This document shows, piece by piece, positions 11,401-19,305 of a stretch of 34,857 nucleotides of DNA. How positions within the stretch are numbered: position 1 is the stretch's first letter; each line of letters begins with the position of its first letter. This stretch comes from Capitella teleta (taxonomy: Eukaryota): assembly GCA_000328365.1 (NCBI GenBank), contig KB303236.1, positions 202,266-237,122 on the forward strand, read 5' to 3'. Below the pieces are notes generated by a model, which searched no databases, was not told the origin of the DNA, and saw only the letters and a program-made list of their open reading frames with translations. The position numbers and the translations under genes were made by a program.

Positions 11401-11788
11401 CACCCGGAATCTTCCCAGTGCTAAACTGCTCATTTTTCGTTTGCCCAAACACCATGTACGGATCAGGATCAAGGCGTTTCTTCGCTTCGATGCATTTCTC
11501 CAGATACTCAGGAGTCACGACTGGAATTCCAAATTTCTGCGCAGTTCTGCATTTATAGGAATCCTGAGCACGACTGGGGTCTCCAACCACCAGATGAGTG
11601 CACTGGGGTAGCGGTACATTCGCCTTTATTGCCTCATTAACTCTTAGTAATTAGCTAACCTTTTTGTTGATCACGAATGAAACGACGCCATCGTTTTCTG
11701 TGATGCTTTTCCGAATCTCCTTTTTCTTGGAGAAAGGAATGTTCGTGGAGAGATCAACCGCGATTTTACAATCGCTCAACGCTCCCAT
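2129..11788 (-). CDS. PARP4: PARP4 (vault poly(ADP-ribose) polymerase) orthologue. This is the multi-exon gene span, with ATG at 11788-11786 and TGA at 2131-2129.
   Basis: The minus-strand ORF segments give, in order: a BRCT domain ([27 protein letters not shown]); the PARP regulatory and catalytic domains ([55 protein letters not shown]); VIT ([49 protein letters not shown]); vWA ([24 protein letters not shown]); and [15 protein letters not shown], acidic, proline-rich and C-terminal (LELGQSWS) segments. All are collinear with human PARP4. GT-AG splice sites join every segment in frame. Confidence 0.85.
2480..2582 (-). CDS. PARP4: PARP4 penultimate exon ([35 protein letters not shown]).
   Basis: The acceptor is tttctag and the donor is G|gtaaga. 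It matches human EDGFWKLTPELGLILNL...KQKGIQSLG. Confidence 0.7.
2639..2675 (-). CDS. PARP4: Candidate 37-nt PARP4 micro-exon ([13 protein letters not shown]). It bridges the proline-rich exon (phase 2) to the next exon (phase 0).
   Basis: The acceptor is atttacag and the donor is gtggga. This is the only arrangement found that keeps the frame. It is otherwise unsupported. Confidence 0.4.
2916..4053 (-). CDS. PARP4: PARP4 proline-rich low-complexity exon of 1138 nt ([13 protein letters not shown]...[19 protein letters not shown]...MEIDPPQ...EEFSADGK). It contains an internal tandem duplication of about 0.45 kb.
   Basis: It is a single 392-aa open frame. The acceptor is cttttag and the donor is AG|gtgagt. 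It corresponds to the proline-rich region of human PARP4 (about aa 1250-1560). Confidence 0.7.
3311..3475. repeat. A (GAGGAG)n-rich coding microsatellite. On the minus strand it reads (CTCCTC)n and encodes the poly-Pro/Leu/Ser runs of the PARP4 proline-rich exon.
   Basis: Repeated gaggaggaggag and gacgaggagga blocks on the plus strand. An alternative frame gives the poly-Leu ORF at 3220-3492. Confidence 0.7.
4562..4903 (-). CDS. PARP4: PARP4 exon ([36 protein letters not shown]...[44 protein letters not shown]).
   Basis: The acceptor is ttgtag. The donor C|gtgagt is in phase 1. It joins in frame to the proline-rich exon. Confidence 0.6.
5095..5302 (-). CDS. PARP4: PARP4 acidic linker exon ([69 protein letters not shown]).
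   Basis: The acceptor is cgtttcag and the putative donor CGT|GTGTGT is in phase 1. It joins in frame to the exon at 4562-4903. The donor choice is an inference. Confidence 0.5.
6030..6170 (+). repeat. 141-bp dispersed repeat, copy B, in the PARP4 intron between the exons ending 6505 and starting 5302.
   Basis: It is near-identical to copy A and in the same orientation. Confidence 0.75.
6505..7840 (-). CDS. PARP4: PARP4 post-vWA conserved region with exact exons not resolved. Segments are [83 protein letters not shown] and an acidic tail ending DDTSTESES with donor gtgaga.
   Basis: The ORF-track segments are collinear with human FEYFNAKSKHSW...HKLAARALIRDYEDG...[14 protein letters not shown]...EDVDFLPYMSWQGE. 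Confidence 0.6.
7855..8407 (-). CDS. PARP4: PARP4 vWA-domain exon cluster with approximate boundaries. Motifs are [31 protein letters not shown] and VFLFSDGH.
   Basis: The von Willebrand A motifs appear in the expected order after VIT. Confidence 0.65.
8425..9207 (-). CDS. PARP4: PARP4 VIT-domain exon cluster with approximate boundaries. It encodes [73 protein letters not shown]. After a 53-bp intron (about 8937-8989) it encodes [46 protein letters not shown]...HSVRIK. It ends with ...PRMWVERHP.
   Basis: VIT residues are conserved almost exactly as in human PARP4. Confidence 0.7.
9215..9415 (-). CDS. PARP4: PARP4 exon before the VIT domain (approximate). It encodes ...[45 protein letters not shown].
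   Basis: The ORF-track segment 9214-9423 is collinear with human QDASGNLVPLEDVHIKGRIIDTVAQV. The boundaries are not base-resolved. Confidence 0.5.
9443..9780 (-). CDS. PARP4: PARP4 exon 11. This is the core of the PARP catalytic domain (STSAKYSKP...[11 protein letters not shown]...GYDSCHAV...[22 protein letters not shown]...).
   Basis: The acceptor is ttgacag and the donor is gttcgc. The catalytic Glu lies in DDEFVIYD, which aligns to NEYIVYD. Confidence 0.85.
9858..9956 (-). CDS. PARP4: PARP4 exon 10 ([32 protein letters not shown]).
   Basis: A 50-bp intron precedes it. The acceptor is tatttcag and the donor is gttcgt. It matches human GLLLPKVVEDRGVQRTDVGNLGSGIYFSDSLS. Confidence 0.8.
10007..10144 (-). 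CDS. PARP4: PARP4 exon 9. This is the start of the PARP catalytic domain ([46 protein letters not shown]).
   Basis: The acceptor is gtactcag and the donor is gtctgt. The join to exon 10 reproduces ILSRGLLLP (human ILCRGLLLP). The H-G-S motif reads H-A-S. Confidence 0.8.
10193..10347 (-). CDS. PARP4: PARP4 exon 8 ([52 protein letters not shown]).
   Basis: The acceptor is cttccag and the donor is gtcagt. It matches human KADLCQLIRDMVNV. Confidence 0.8.
10405..10575 (-). CDS. PARP4: PARP4 exon 7 ([36 protein letters not shown]...RKQDLCQ).
   Basis: A 54-bp intron precedes the acceptor tctctcag. The donor is gtgcct. Confidence 0.8.
10630..10764 (-). CDS. PARP4: PARP4 exon 6 ([45 protein letters not shown]). 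It belongs to the PARP regulatory helical domain.
   Basis: The acceptor is ttacag and the donor is gtagaa. It matches human SDLVEMIWAEALGHLEHMLL. Confidence 0.8.
10815..10976 (-). CDS. PARP4: PARP4 exon 5 ([54 protein letters not shown]).
   Basis: The acceptor is ttcattcag and the donor is gtaaag. The exon resembles human FAIKKTSEDASEYFENYIEELKKQ. Confidence 0.7.
11031..11153 (-). CDS. PARP4: PARP4 exon 4 ([41 protein letters not shown]).
   Basis: The acceptor is ctctttttcag and the donor is gtgtgt. A 54-bp intron follows. Choosing this donor is what removes the in-frame stop. Confidence 0.65.
11206..11351 (-). CDS. PARP4: PARP4 exon 3 ([49 protein letters not shown]).
   Basis: The acceptor is tttag and the donor is gtgagc. 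The frame is continuous with exon 2. Confidence 0.75.
11404..11602 (-). CDS. PARP4: PARP4 exon 2 ([10 protein letters not shown]...QFSTGKIP). It ends in phase 1.
   Basis: The acceptor is ccccag and the donor is ggtgagt. Intron 1 is 57 bp. The exon continues the BRCT domain. Confidence 0.8.
11660..11788 (-). CDS. PARP4: PARP4 exon 1 ([43 protein letters not shown]). It holds the start of the BRCT domain. The donor is gttagc.
   Basis: The ATG is followed by 43 codons and then GT. This matches the human PARP4 N-terminus. Confidence 0.75.
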
Positions 11789-12323
11789 AATGCACCTGCA
11801 AGCAATAAACAATTATTGAACGATTGATGTCATGGAATGTGGTCAATCTGTGCTCATATAAAAAAAAAGAAAAAAGAAAAAAATCATAAAAAATCATAAA
11901 AAATCATAAGGAGTTCACTGAAGCGAGAGCGGAAATATTAAAATTATGCAAAATGACAGTGCAATGGAAAATGCTTCATTTCCTTAACTGCATATAAGTT
12001 GATGGATTTGTCTAAGCACACTGGAAGACAATTAGTCACCCCTCGCAATCTGAGCACCCTTGGTTTTACAACATTTTGTACAGATAGCGTGGGGTTCGGT
12101 ATGGTAGACATGAGCAACTATAGGCGTCATCCACACCTCCCCCCCTCCCACTTCAGCAAAGGGTTAGTACTAGGAGACACGCTGAATGAGTAGCTCATCT
12201 CACAGTCGCTCTATGTGTGGTAGACAACAGTTCAATCACTTTGCAGCCAGGGGATACTGCATCAAAATATTATAATATGATATGTAAAAGAACACCTTTG
12301 AGCTCATGGGCGCCGTGAGGATA

Positions 12324-12707
12324 TTTTGAGGATTCGTTATGATGCATAATTTTATTGTGACTTTCAATATGACTGAAGTGCCTGTAATCTCAGATTACCG
12401 GTAGACATTAACAGTCATCTTGTATATAAATTGACCACAGTCATCCACCTTGGAAGTACTGTAGGTCTCAATTGTCCACGTGAAATTATATCTCGAGGGA
12501 AGTCGAAGCTAGTGGCCTCTGCAAATCTTCTATTAGCTAGGTTTGGAATTTACTGTTTAAAAGTGTTGTTTATTTAATTCTTTTTGCACTTTCTTTTACG
12601 GTGCCGTTTTATGGCGACTCGATTTACCTTCACTTTATGAATTCCATGTTGCTTGGCGGAAAATTGTCCGTAGAAATTGGCCAATTCCGACTGAGACAAA
12701 AACAAGA
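12324..12707 (+). repeat. 384-bp dispersed repeat, copy 1. It is 293 bp upstream of the SINE head.
   Basis: It is more than 98% identical to 23327-23709, differing by about 3 substitutions or indels. It has no ORF, no TIR and no TSD. Confidence 0.8.
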
Positions 12708-12985
12708 AGAAGCAGGAAAGAAAGAGTGATTCAAGTGCAGAAGGAAAAGTATAATGGATCTGCATCAATGTTTTCATGCTGCATTGATATCAATGATGTT
12801 AACTCTTCATGCTGTGAGTTGTAGCCCAACCCTGCAGCGCTCCTTTTATGTTACTGGAATTGGGGACATTTGATTGTGATGTTTGCGCCACAATCGGCGC
12901 CACAATGTTTAGGGCAATCGCGGCTGTCTGTATTCGGTTTAATGTTGCATAATCAATGGTAAAACTCATTTTGGTATTAGGATTT

Positions 12986-12999
12986 TTCATTCTTAGTAG
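12986..12999. repeat. Target-site duplication (left copy) of the SINE at 13000-13324. The right copy is at 13325-13338.
   Basis: An identical 14-mer, ttcattcttagtag, immediately flanks both ends of the element. Confidence 0.65.
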
Positions 13000-13324
13000 G
13001 GGCACCGGATAGCTCAGTGTGTTAAACCGCTGACTACAATCCAATGCCGACCGTGGGGGGGTCGAGGTCCCGGGTTCGAGACCCGATCAGGCCATGAGCG
13101 TTATGATTGTAAATTATAATTGTAATTCTTTATAATTGTAATTCTTCAGTGACTCTGCAGTGCTGCCCAACTGCGAAACAATGCCGGGCGCTGTGTACTA
13201 CTGTCTATGGTGGTATGTAGGATAAAGAGTAGGGGGAAACCCCGGTCCCAGGCCTTCTGTTCTGGCGCCTGTATCATCCGATCGCATTGGGTGGAGCCGT
13301 AAAACCCCATCACTCACTCACTCA
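13000..13324 (+). mobile_element. tRNA-derived SINE insertion. It has a pol III A box TAGCTCAGTGTG and a B box GGTTCGAGACC. Its body motifs include GCGAAACA and CTATGGT. Its tail is AAAACCCCATCACTCACTCACTCATTCA.
   Basis: It is bounded by a perfect 14-bp direct repeat ttcattcttagtag (12986-12999 and 13325-13338). The head is tRNA-like but does not fold into a clean cloverleaf. Confidence 0.7.
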
Positions 13325-13380
13325 TTCATTCTTAGTAGAGACTGCGAGGGTTTTGGAATATGGATCACTTAGGTATCGGA

Positions 13381-13470
13381 GGATGGGTGCGTCATGAGCC
13401 AGACTGTTCTGATAGCAAGGGACTTTGAATTGCTGGGGTTCGGATTGTGAGGTGGTGATTGTACTAGCTA
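13381..13470 (+). repeat. Short conserved element GGTGCGTCATGAGCCAGACTGTTCTGATAG...ATTGTGAGGTGGTGATTGTACTAGCT. A second copy is at 21944-22030 (GGTGCATCATGAGCCTGATTGTTCTGATAG...ATTGCGAGGGGTGACTGTAGACTCG).
   Basis: A core of about 90 bp is shared. Both copies lie near a CACTCACTCA motif. Confidence 0.45.
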
Positions 13471-15056
13471 GAAGACAAATGAAACACTGAATTGGAATTT
13501 TGCAAAAGTACATAGATTTCACTGAATTGCACAGAACCATGAATATATTCCTATTCTTCTTCAAGCAGCACTTTTAGAACATTACAACTGAAGAGCCAAT
13601 TTCCCGTTGACGGCAAAATACATGTATGACGTATGACGTGTGTCATACTCGCTTGTTTTTACATGCATAATACACAAGTAATGCATAATGTGTTTGGATA
13701 TTATCATATAATACTATCAGTCATTGTTCTGTGAATTTTGAATAAATAATTTGATTTGAAAACAGAAAAAAAACTTATATTGTCCATACATGATATACTT
13801 GTGCATGTACCTCATTGTCAATGAGATTACAGAGCATCTGTTTTATTCGGTGCTATCGAGGCAACCAATTCCTGCTTTCTTGAAGAATTCATTCTCAAAT
13901 CATTATGTACTGTTGCCCCAATTGCAGAATTTGGGGTCCGGGTTGATTCAGCAAGCAAGTGCTCCTTAACATTAATCAAATTCCAACTCTCATGCATTGA
14001 GATATATCGTTTTTTTTTTTATTATTATACGTGATCCCCGAGATCCTTGCGTTAATTTTAGTACCTGCTCACAAACTGAAAACTATACCTTGATTTGAAC
14101 ACAACACGGGAGGCAGTGGATCAATGGTGGTTAGGTTATCCGTAGTAAACAGTGGTAAAAAGCACTTGCTTAATAATACTAGACTTCCTTGTTCGAGTAC
14201 GTTATGATTTCACACACTCAACGGTGAGTCAGTGGCAGGTATGCAAATGACAGGTCGGCCTCGCAAGGTTTTCTTGCAATAGATTTAGAAAACTATATCG
14301 TCAGCTACCTTTAAGTGCACGCAAAGGCTTGTCAGCATATATTCAATGCTCCAGATACCTGTGATCAGGATGAACGTAACCAGACGTCGGTAAATCGTCA
14401 ATAGTTATTAAGGTGCTGGCTCATCAAATCATAGATGTTTATCTCTGAAGACCTTTGACCTTAGGATACAAAGTGCGCTGCAGTTGCAAATCGATATCGT
14501 CCACAACTCACGGATCCCAGTTGCACCAGGTTCCAGGTTCAGGTTGATTGGATTAAAGTGCCTTTGTTTCGGCACTGTTACAATCTGAAGTTCGAGTTTC
14601 TCTTTATTTATATCTTCTATTTCTAAAAGATATAACCTCATAAATAATACAGTAATAACTGAAATAAAACTCAACTGGAATAACCAACCAAATAGAAAGC
14701 CCTACTTCCCTCCCCCCTTCCCCAAAACAACAGAACAAAATGATAACAAATGAACAGATAAATAAATGAATGCATAGATAAATAAAGAATAAAGATAAAA
14801 AAGATAAAAAGAGAAACACATAAAATGAATAAATAAATGACCAGAAAATACTCGTTGCTCTACTCATTCATAGTGCGAGAGGACGCCGCCTGGTAGCACT
14901 CCACGTAAAATGACCGATGTAAAAGCAAGTTGTAAAGTAACATAAGCATCAGCACTAGCTTGCTACTGACTAGATAACTAAAAAACAAGCCAAAAATAAC
15001 AAATTATAGTAATAAAACAAACACTTTCACTCTCTCACAAACGTCAGACCAGGGCC

Positions 15057-17260
15057 TTGCCCTCTATCTTTTCTCTCTCTCTCCTCTTTCGCTCCTTCCA
15101 GATCTTTCCTACACTCCTCAACACCAGTCGTTCCAGGTCCGCGGATGTTACTGCGAACCCCAGTACTCCCTCCACCAAATCATCCTCTCCCCTCTCCTCA
15201 ACCACTCTTCTCTCAACCTCTCATACAAAACACATTCAAACAGCACATGCCTTTCAGTCTCTTCCTCTCCACATTTACATCTCCTCTCATCCTCTCCATA
15301 CTTCCATCGTACACACTCATTCATTCTCACTGGCAAACAATCACCTCTCATCATCAACCTCACTCCTTCCCCATCCTGTCCATCCGCATACGACTCTAAC
15401 TTCATCTCTCCTTTCTCTTGTGCATACATGATACCTCCTCGTCCTTTCATCCCTCTGTAATTGTTCTTCCCATCTCATTCTTCCTACCTCTTGTACCCTC
15501 CTCTCTAATTCAACTTTCTTCATTCTCTTTCGCTCATCTTCACAAATTCCCATCTCTGCCACACCAATCGCACTCATTCTTTGCAGCCATACCAAATTCG
15601 ACAATACATCCACACCTAACTCCCCCGTCATCTTGTCAATCTTCTTCCATCACTTCGACCTCACCCCTATCTCCATCAAACACGCTCTCCCCACTCCCAC
15701 AACCAGCCCATCCTCTTCCAACACTTTCACCACAACGCTACCTTTGTCTTCACCTCTCTCTCCCAAAACGAACTCCATCCTGACTCTCCGTGTACTGCTG
15801 CATTCCTTATGGTCCTCTCCAATCTCCACATCCACTGACCATACTCAATCTGCATTCTCTCCACATTCTTTTGTACATTCTCATTCCACACTAATGCACC
15901 TGAAGCATACATCACTCTACTTACAATCAAACTCTTCCATGCTTCTCTTCCCACCACAAACCTACTCCCTGATCTTTTTGCTGCAAATTTAGCCATCCCA
16001 ATTACTGATGCAACCTTCTTTACATTTTCTTCAACTGAGTTGATCCCACCCTCTTCACCACCTATCAGTTTAACGCCCAAATACTTTTGCTTCTGCCTTT
16101 TCTCTTACTCTTTTCCCTCTCACCTCCCAAGTTCTGTTCAAATATCTCCCATTCATACCCACTGCCATAGATTTCCCTTCATTAATCTTCATCCCGTACT
16201 CCTCCATTACCTTTAACACGTCTCCCATAATATTTTCCATTCCCTCCCTTGTCCCTGAAAACACCACCAAGACATCCGCATACAGCAATCCCCCTAACAG
16301 TTCCGTTGTCATTTCCCCAATCTGTCCCTCCACCTGGTATCTCATCCCACACACATGTTCTTTCACTACCTCTCCAATATCTCTCATGTATATATTGAAT
16401 AACATGGGAGATAGAGGACATCCCTGTCTCACACCACTTTTACACGTCATCCATCCACTTTCATACTTCCGTAACACAAACCTGGTCTTGTTGTTGGTAT
16501 ATACCTCCATTAAAACTCTCAATAACTCTGGGCTAATCCCTTATTTTTCCAACACTTCAAACAACTTGTCCCTGTTTACACGATCGTAAGCCTTCTCTAA
16601 GTCGACACACACAACCAACATCTCCTCTCCTCTCTCTTTACACATCTCCAACATCCTATCCACCACAAACAAGTTGTCATCTGTTCTTCTCCCTGGCCTA
16701 AAACCACCTTGCACGTCATCCAAAATCCCTTTCTCCTTAACCCATCTCTCCATCCTTCCTCTAACTATCGTCATAAAAAATTTATACAGAGCAGCGCTTA
16801 TGGCAACTGGTCTGTAATTCCTCAAATCCCTCTTGTCCCCTCCCTTGCGTAGTAGAGTTAACCTACTCGCCCTCCGGTCTTCTAGAATAACTGCCCCACT
16901 CAAAATTTCCTTGAACCCTCTAAGTACCCTTCCCTTTGATTCCTCCGTTAAAGCCCTCAGATATTCTCCACACACACCAGATTCATCCATCGCCTTTCCT
17001 CTCTTAATCTTGCTCCAAGCCTTCTCCAGTTCCCCCGCGTTATTTCTCTGTCTCCATCTACCATTTCAAACCTTTCTTTCTCTACCCCTAGCACAGCCTC
17101 GCCTGATGTATTCAACAACTTACCCCATACTTTCTCTATCTCGCTACGATCTCATCTTCATTCTTAATAGCCTCCCCTTCCTCTGTCAAAAATTCTACTA
17201 ACTCTTCCTTCTCTTTACCTTTCATCATCCAATTCTTGACCATTATTTGGTTCCAACTTT
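15057..17260 (-). mobile_element. Degenerate, 5'-truncated non-LTR retrotransposon (LINE) fragment. It has several frameshifted ORFs.
   Basis: Minus-strand ORFs give RT motifs (NYRPVAISAALYKFFMTIVRGRM, GFRPGRRTDDNLFVV, VCVDLEKAYDRVNRDKL, GVRQGCPLSPMLFNIYM, LLYADVLVVF) and a C-terminal zf-RVT-like CKCGEEETERHVLFEC. The plus strand is strongly C+T-rich. Confidence 0.75.
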
Positions 17261-17644
17261 TATCACCAACTTATTACACAACGCCTCAGATTTCGAATCC
17301 CATCATTCTGACATCTGTGCATGCATGAGACGCAGCTTAAACTACGTCCAAAAGCGAGCTCATAAAGATTCATGAGATTAATTTCGCTTTGATCTGTTTT
17401 GATCTGTTTTATAACAATGAAAATACTTATTAAAAAGAAGTTTTCGAGAGTCATTGAGATGGTCACGATGATATGACATGAAATGAGATGAGCCGGTATG
17501 GTACTCTCCCCAGAACCCTCGATTGATCCCTATTTGCGATTGGATCTGGAGGACGGGAGGACAATTAAGTTGTACTGGATCGGGGACAGTAGGTGATCGA
17601 GGCAAAAGTCAAAACAGAGTGGAGGCAACCTTAATGGTCGGAGG

Positions 17645-19305
17645 CAGGGGCGGATCCAGGATTTTGGGTTATAAGGGGCCAGACATGTAGCTGTGATGCA
17701 AGCCGCAAAGCGGCGCAGCCCCCCAAGGGGGATCTTGGGGACCTCCCCACATTTTTTTTTTTAATTTGGATGCACAACTATGCAATTTGGCGCTATTTCA
17801 GACAAGTTTCCTCCTACTTTGAATAGTCAACAATTCTGATCAAATAACTGGAAGCAGATTTACTAATAACTGATTGCTTACTCAAGTAAAAGGTGCTTTC
17901 CTTTCTTAATTGTAGTAAGATTGAAGTCACAGGGGCTCATACAGGTTGCTGGCCAAGGGTGGGAAACTGGATAGTGACAGTGATGCAACTCATGCAGAAA
18001 ATGTACAGCACTTTATTTTCAAAAAAGGTTTAATAAGAAGGTACATGTATCATGAAAGGTGCACAATGAAAAAAAGAACCCCAGTCAAGCAGCTGGCAGG
18101 GAGCAGAGGGTGGTAATCAGAATACACAGGTGTGACAACAGAAAATGTATGAAACTTATTTTCAGAAAGGTAAAAAAGTATCGGGAGACATGTACAATGC
18201 AAAAAAATAACCCAGTCTAGTGGCTGGCTGAGTAGCATTTTCCTCGGGTGCAGCTAAGAAAACCAGTTTACCACCATTCCATAATCAACTGGAATATCCG
18301 AATGGATGTAAAGCAGCATAAGAGCATTAAATCTTTCATCCCCCATTATAGAGCGGTAAACATTTTTTTATGAATCGAAGAGAGGAATTTGTTCTCTCCA
18401 CTCCAGCAGCACTCACTGGTGCCATAAGCAACATGGTAAGAATGTAATAGATGTTGGGATACATGAGCTTCTGCATTCTTAGGTGACTCAGAGTGGTCTC
18501 CAGAGTTGATGGCAGATCATCAGGCTCAACGCTCTCCCAAAGACTTTGCCACAGACGCAGTTCGTGATGAAGAGTATTTGGATCAGGCAGGCTGTGGTCT
18601 TCCTTTAACTTTGTAGAGAAGTCAGAGGGCATATTGTCGGCTTGCATCTTCTTTGGAATCAATTTGAATCCAATAAGAGCTTGCTTTGATGATGTGTCAA
18701 AGCGATCACCCATTTCCCGAAGAAGATGGTCTAGAAAAGGTAAGTGGCCACTCTGAAGTATTCTTCTGGGTTTTCTGTAGGGACATTGTTCCGGTATGTC
18801 TGTCGGCCACATCTTCTGGGAATGGTGATAGCTTCGCCAGAAATCTGCGCCATTTCCTCCATTTTGGGGGATACTTTTTCAGCAAAATCATTTCCATCTC
18901 TGGCCCTTTGAAGCACATCTTTCACTTGCTGGGCATTCTCGTAGGGATTGACAATATCAATGGTGGGTCCTTGTAGTTGGGCACTCAAGCCCTTGACAAA
19001 ACTGCATAAATATAATACACTTTGGAATGCTGCAATGAAGTTCGAATCTTCAATTTCTTCAGGAGACCATATGCCTCAGATCGAGATTCCTCAAGGGAGA
19101 AATGAGACAAAAATAAAAACAATGATAAAAAAATATTGACTAGAAACTGGAGGTTAGCAAGCTCGTTGCAAATTAGTTTCTAGTTACAGCAGGTGCGGAT
19201 TCTAAAGAATTTGGATGACTCGAGAGGGTTTGTGACAACGTTGCTAGAAAATTTTTAGGGGGGGCTGAGGCCAGGTTGCCCCCCCCCCCCCTGGATCCGG
19301 CCCTG
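17645..19305. mobile_element. Non-autonomous hAT-superfamily DNA transposon, 1661 bp, with 16-18 bp TIRs (CAGGGGCGGATCCAGG ... CCTGGATCCGGCCCTG).
   Basis: The terminal inverted repeats begin with CAG. An internal fragment encodes a hAT dimerisation domain. No 8-bp TSD is recognisable. Confidence 0.65.
18336..18988 (-). pseudogene. hAT (ZMYM1-like) transposase C-terminal fragment. It is split by a frameshift into two ORFs.
   Basis: The motifs are PRRCGRQTYRNNVPTENPEEYFR, then LPFLDHLLREMGDRF, then LTMLLMAPVSAAGVERTNSSLRFIKKCLP, the hAT dimerisation motif. The N-terminal BED, DDE and RNase-H-like parts are absent. Confidence 0.65.

Noticed and set aside
13000-13090. Calling the SINE head a functional tRNA gene.
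   Set aside because: A and B boxes are present, but the acceptor-stem ends (GGGGCAC...CAGGCC) do not pair, and the A-B spacing is about 58 nt. It is a tRNA-derived SINE head, not a tRNA.
13620-13650. A TGACGT-containing palindrome (GTATGACGTATGACGTGTGTCATAC), considered as a CRE-like regulatory site.
   Set aside because: It is an isolated motif in AT-rich intergenic DNA with no nearby promoter. It cannot be supported from sequence alone.
15057-15992. Several plus-strand ORFs rich in S, T, P, L and H (for example MPSIFSLSLLFRSF...).
   Set aside because: They arise from the G-depleted C+T-rich antisense strand of the LINE fragment. They have no starts in a good context and no homology.
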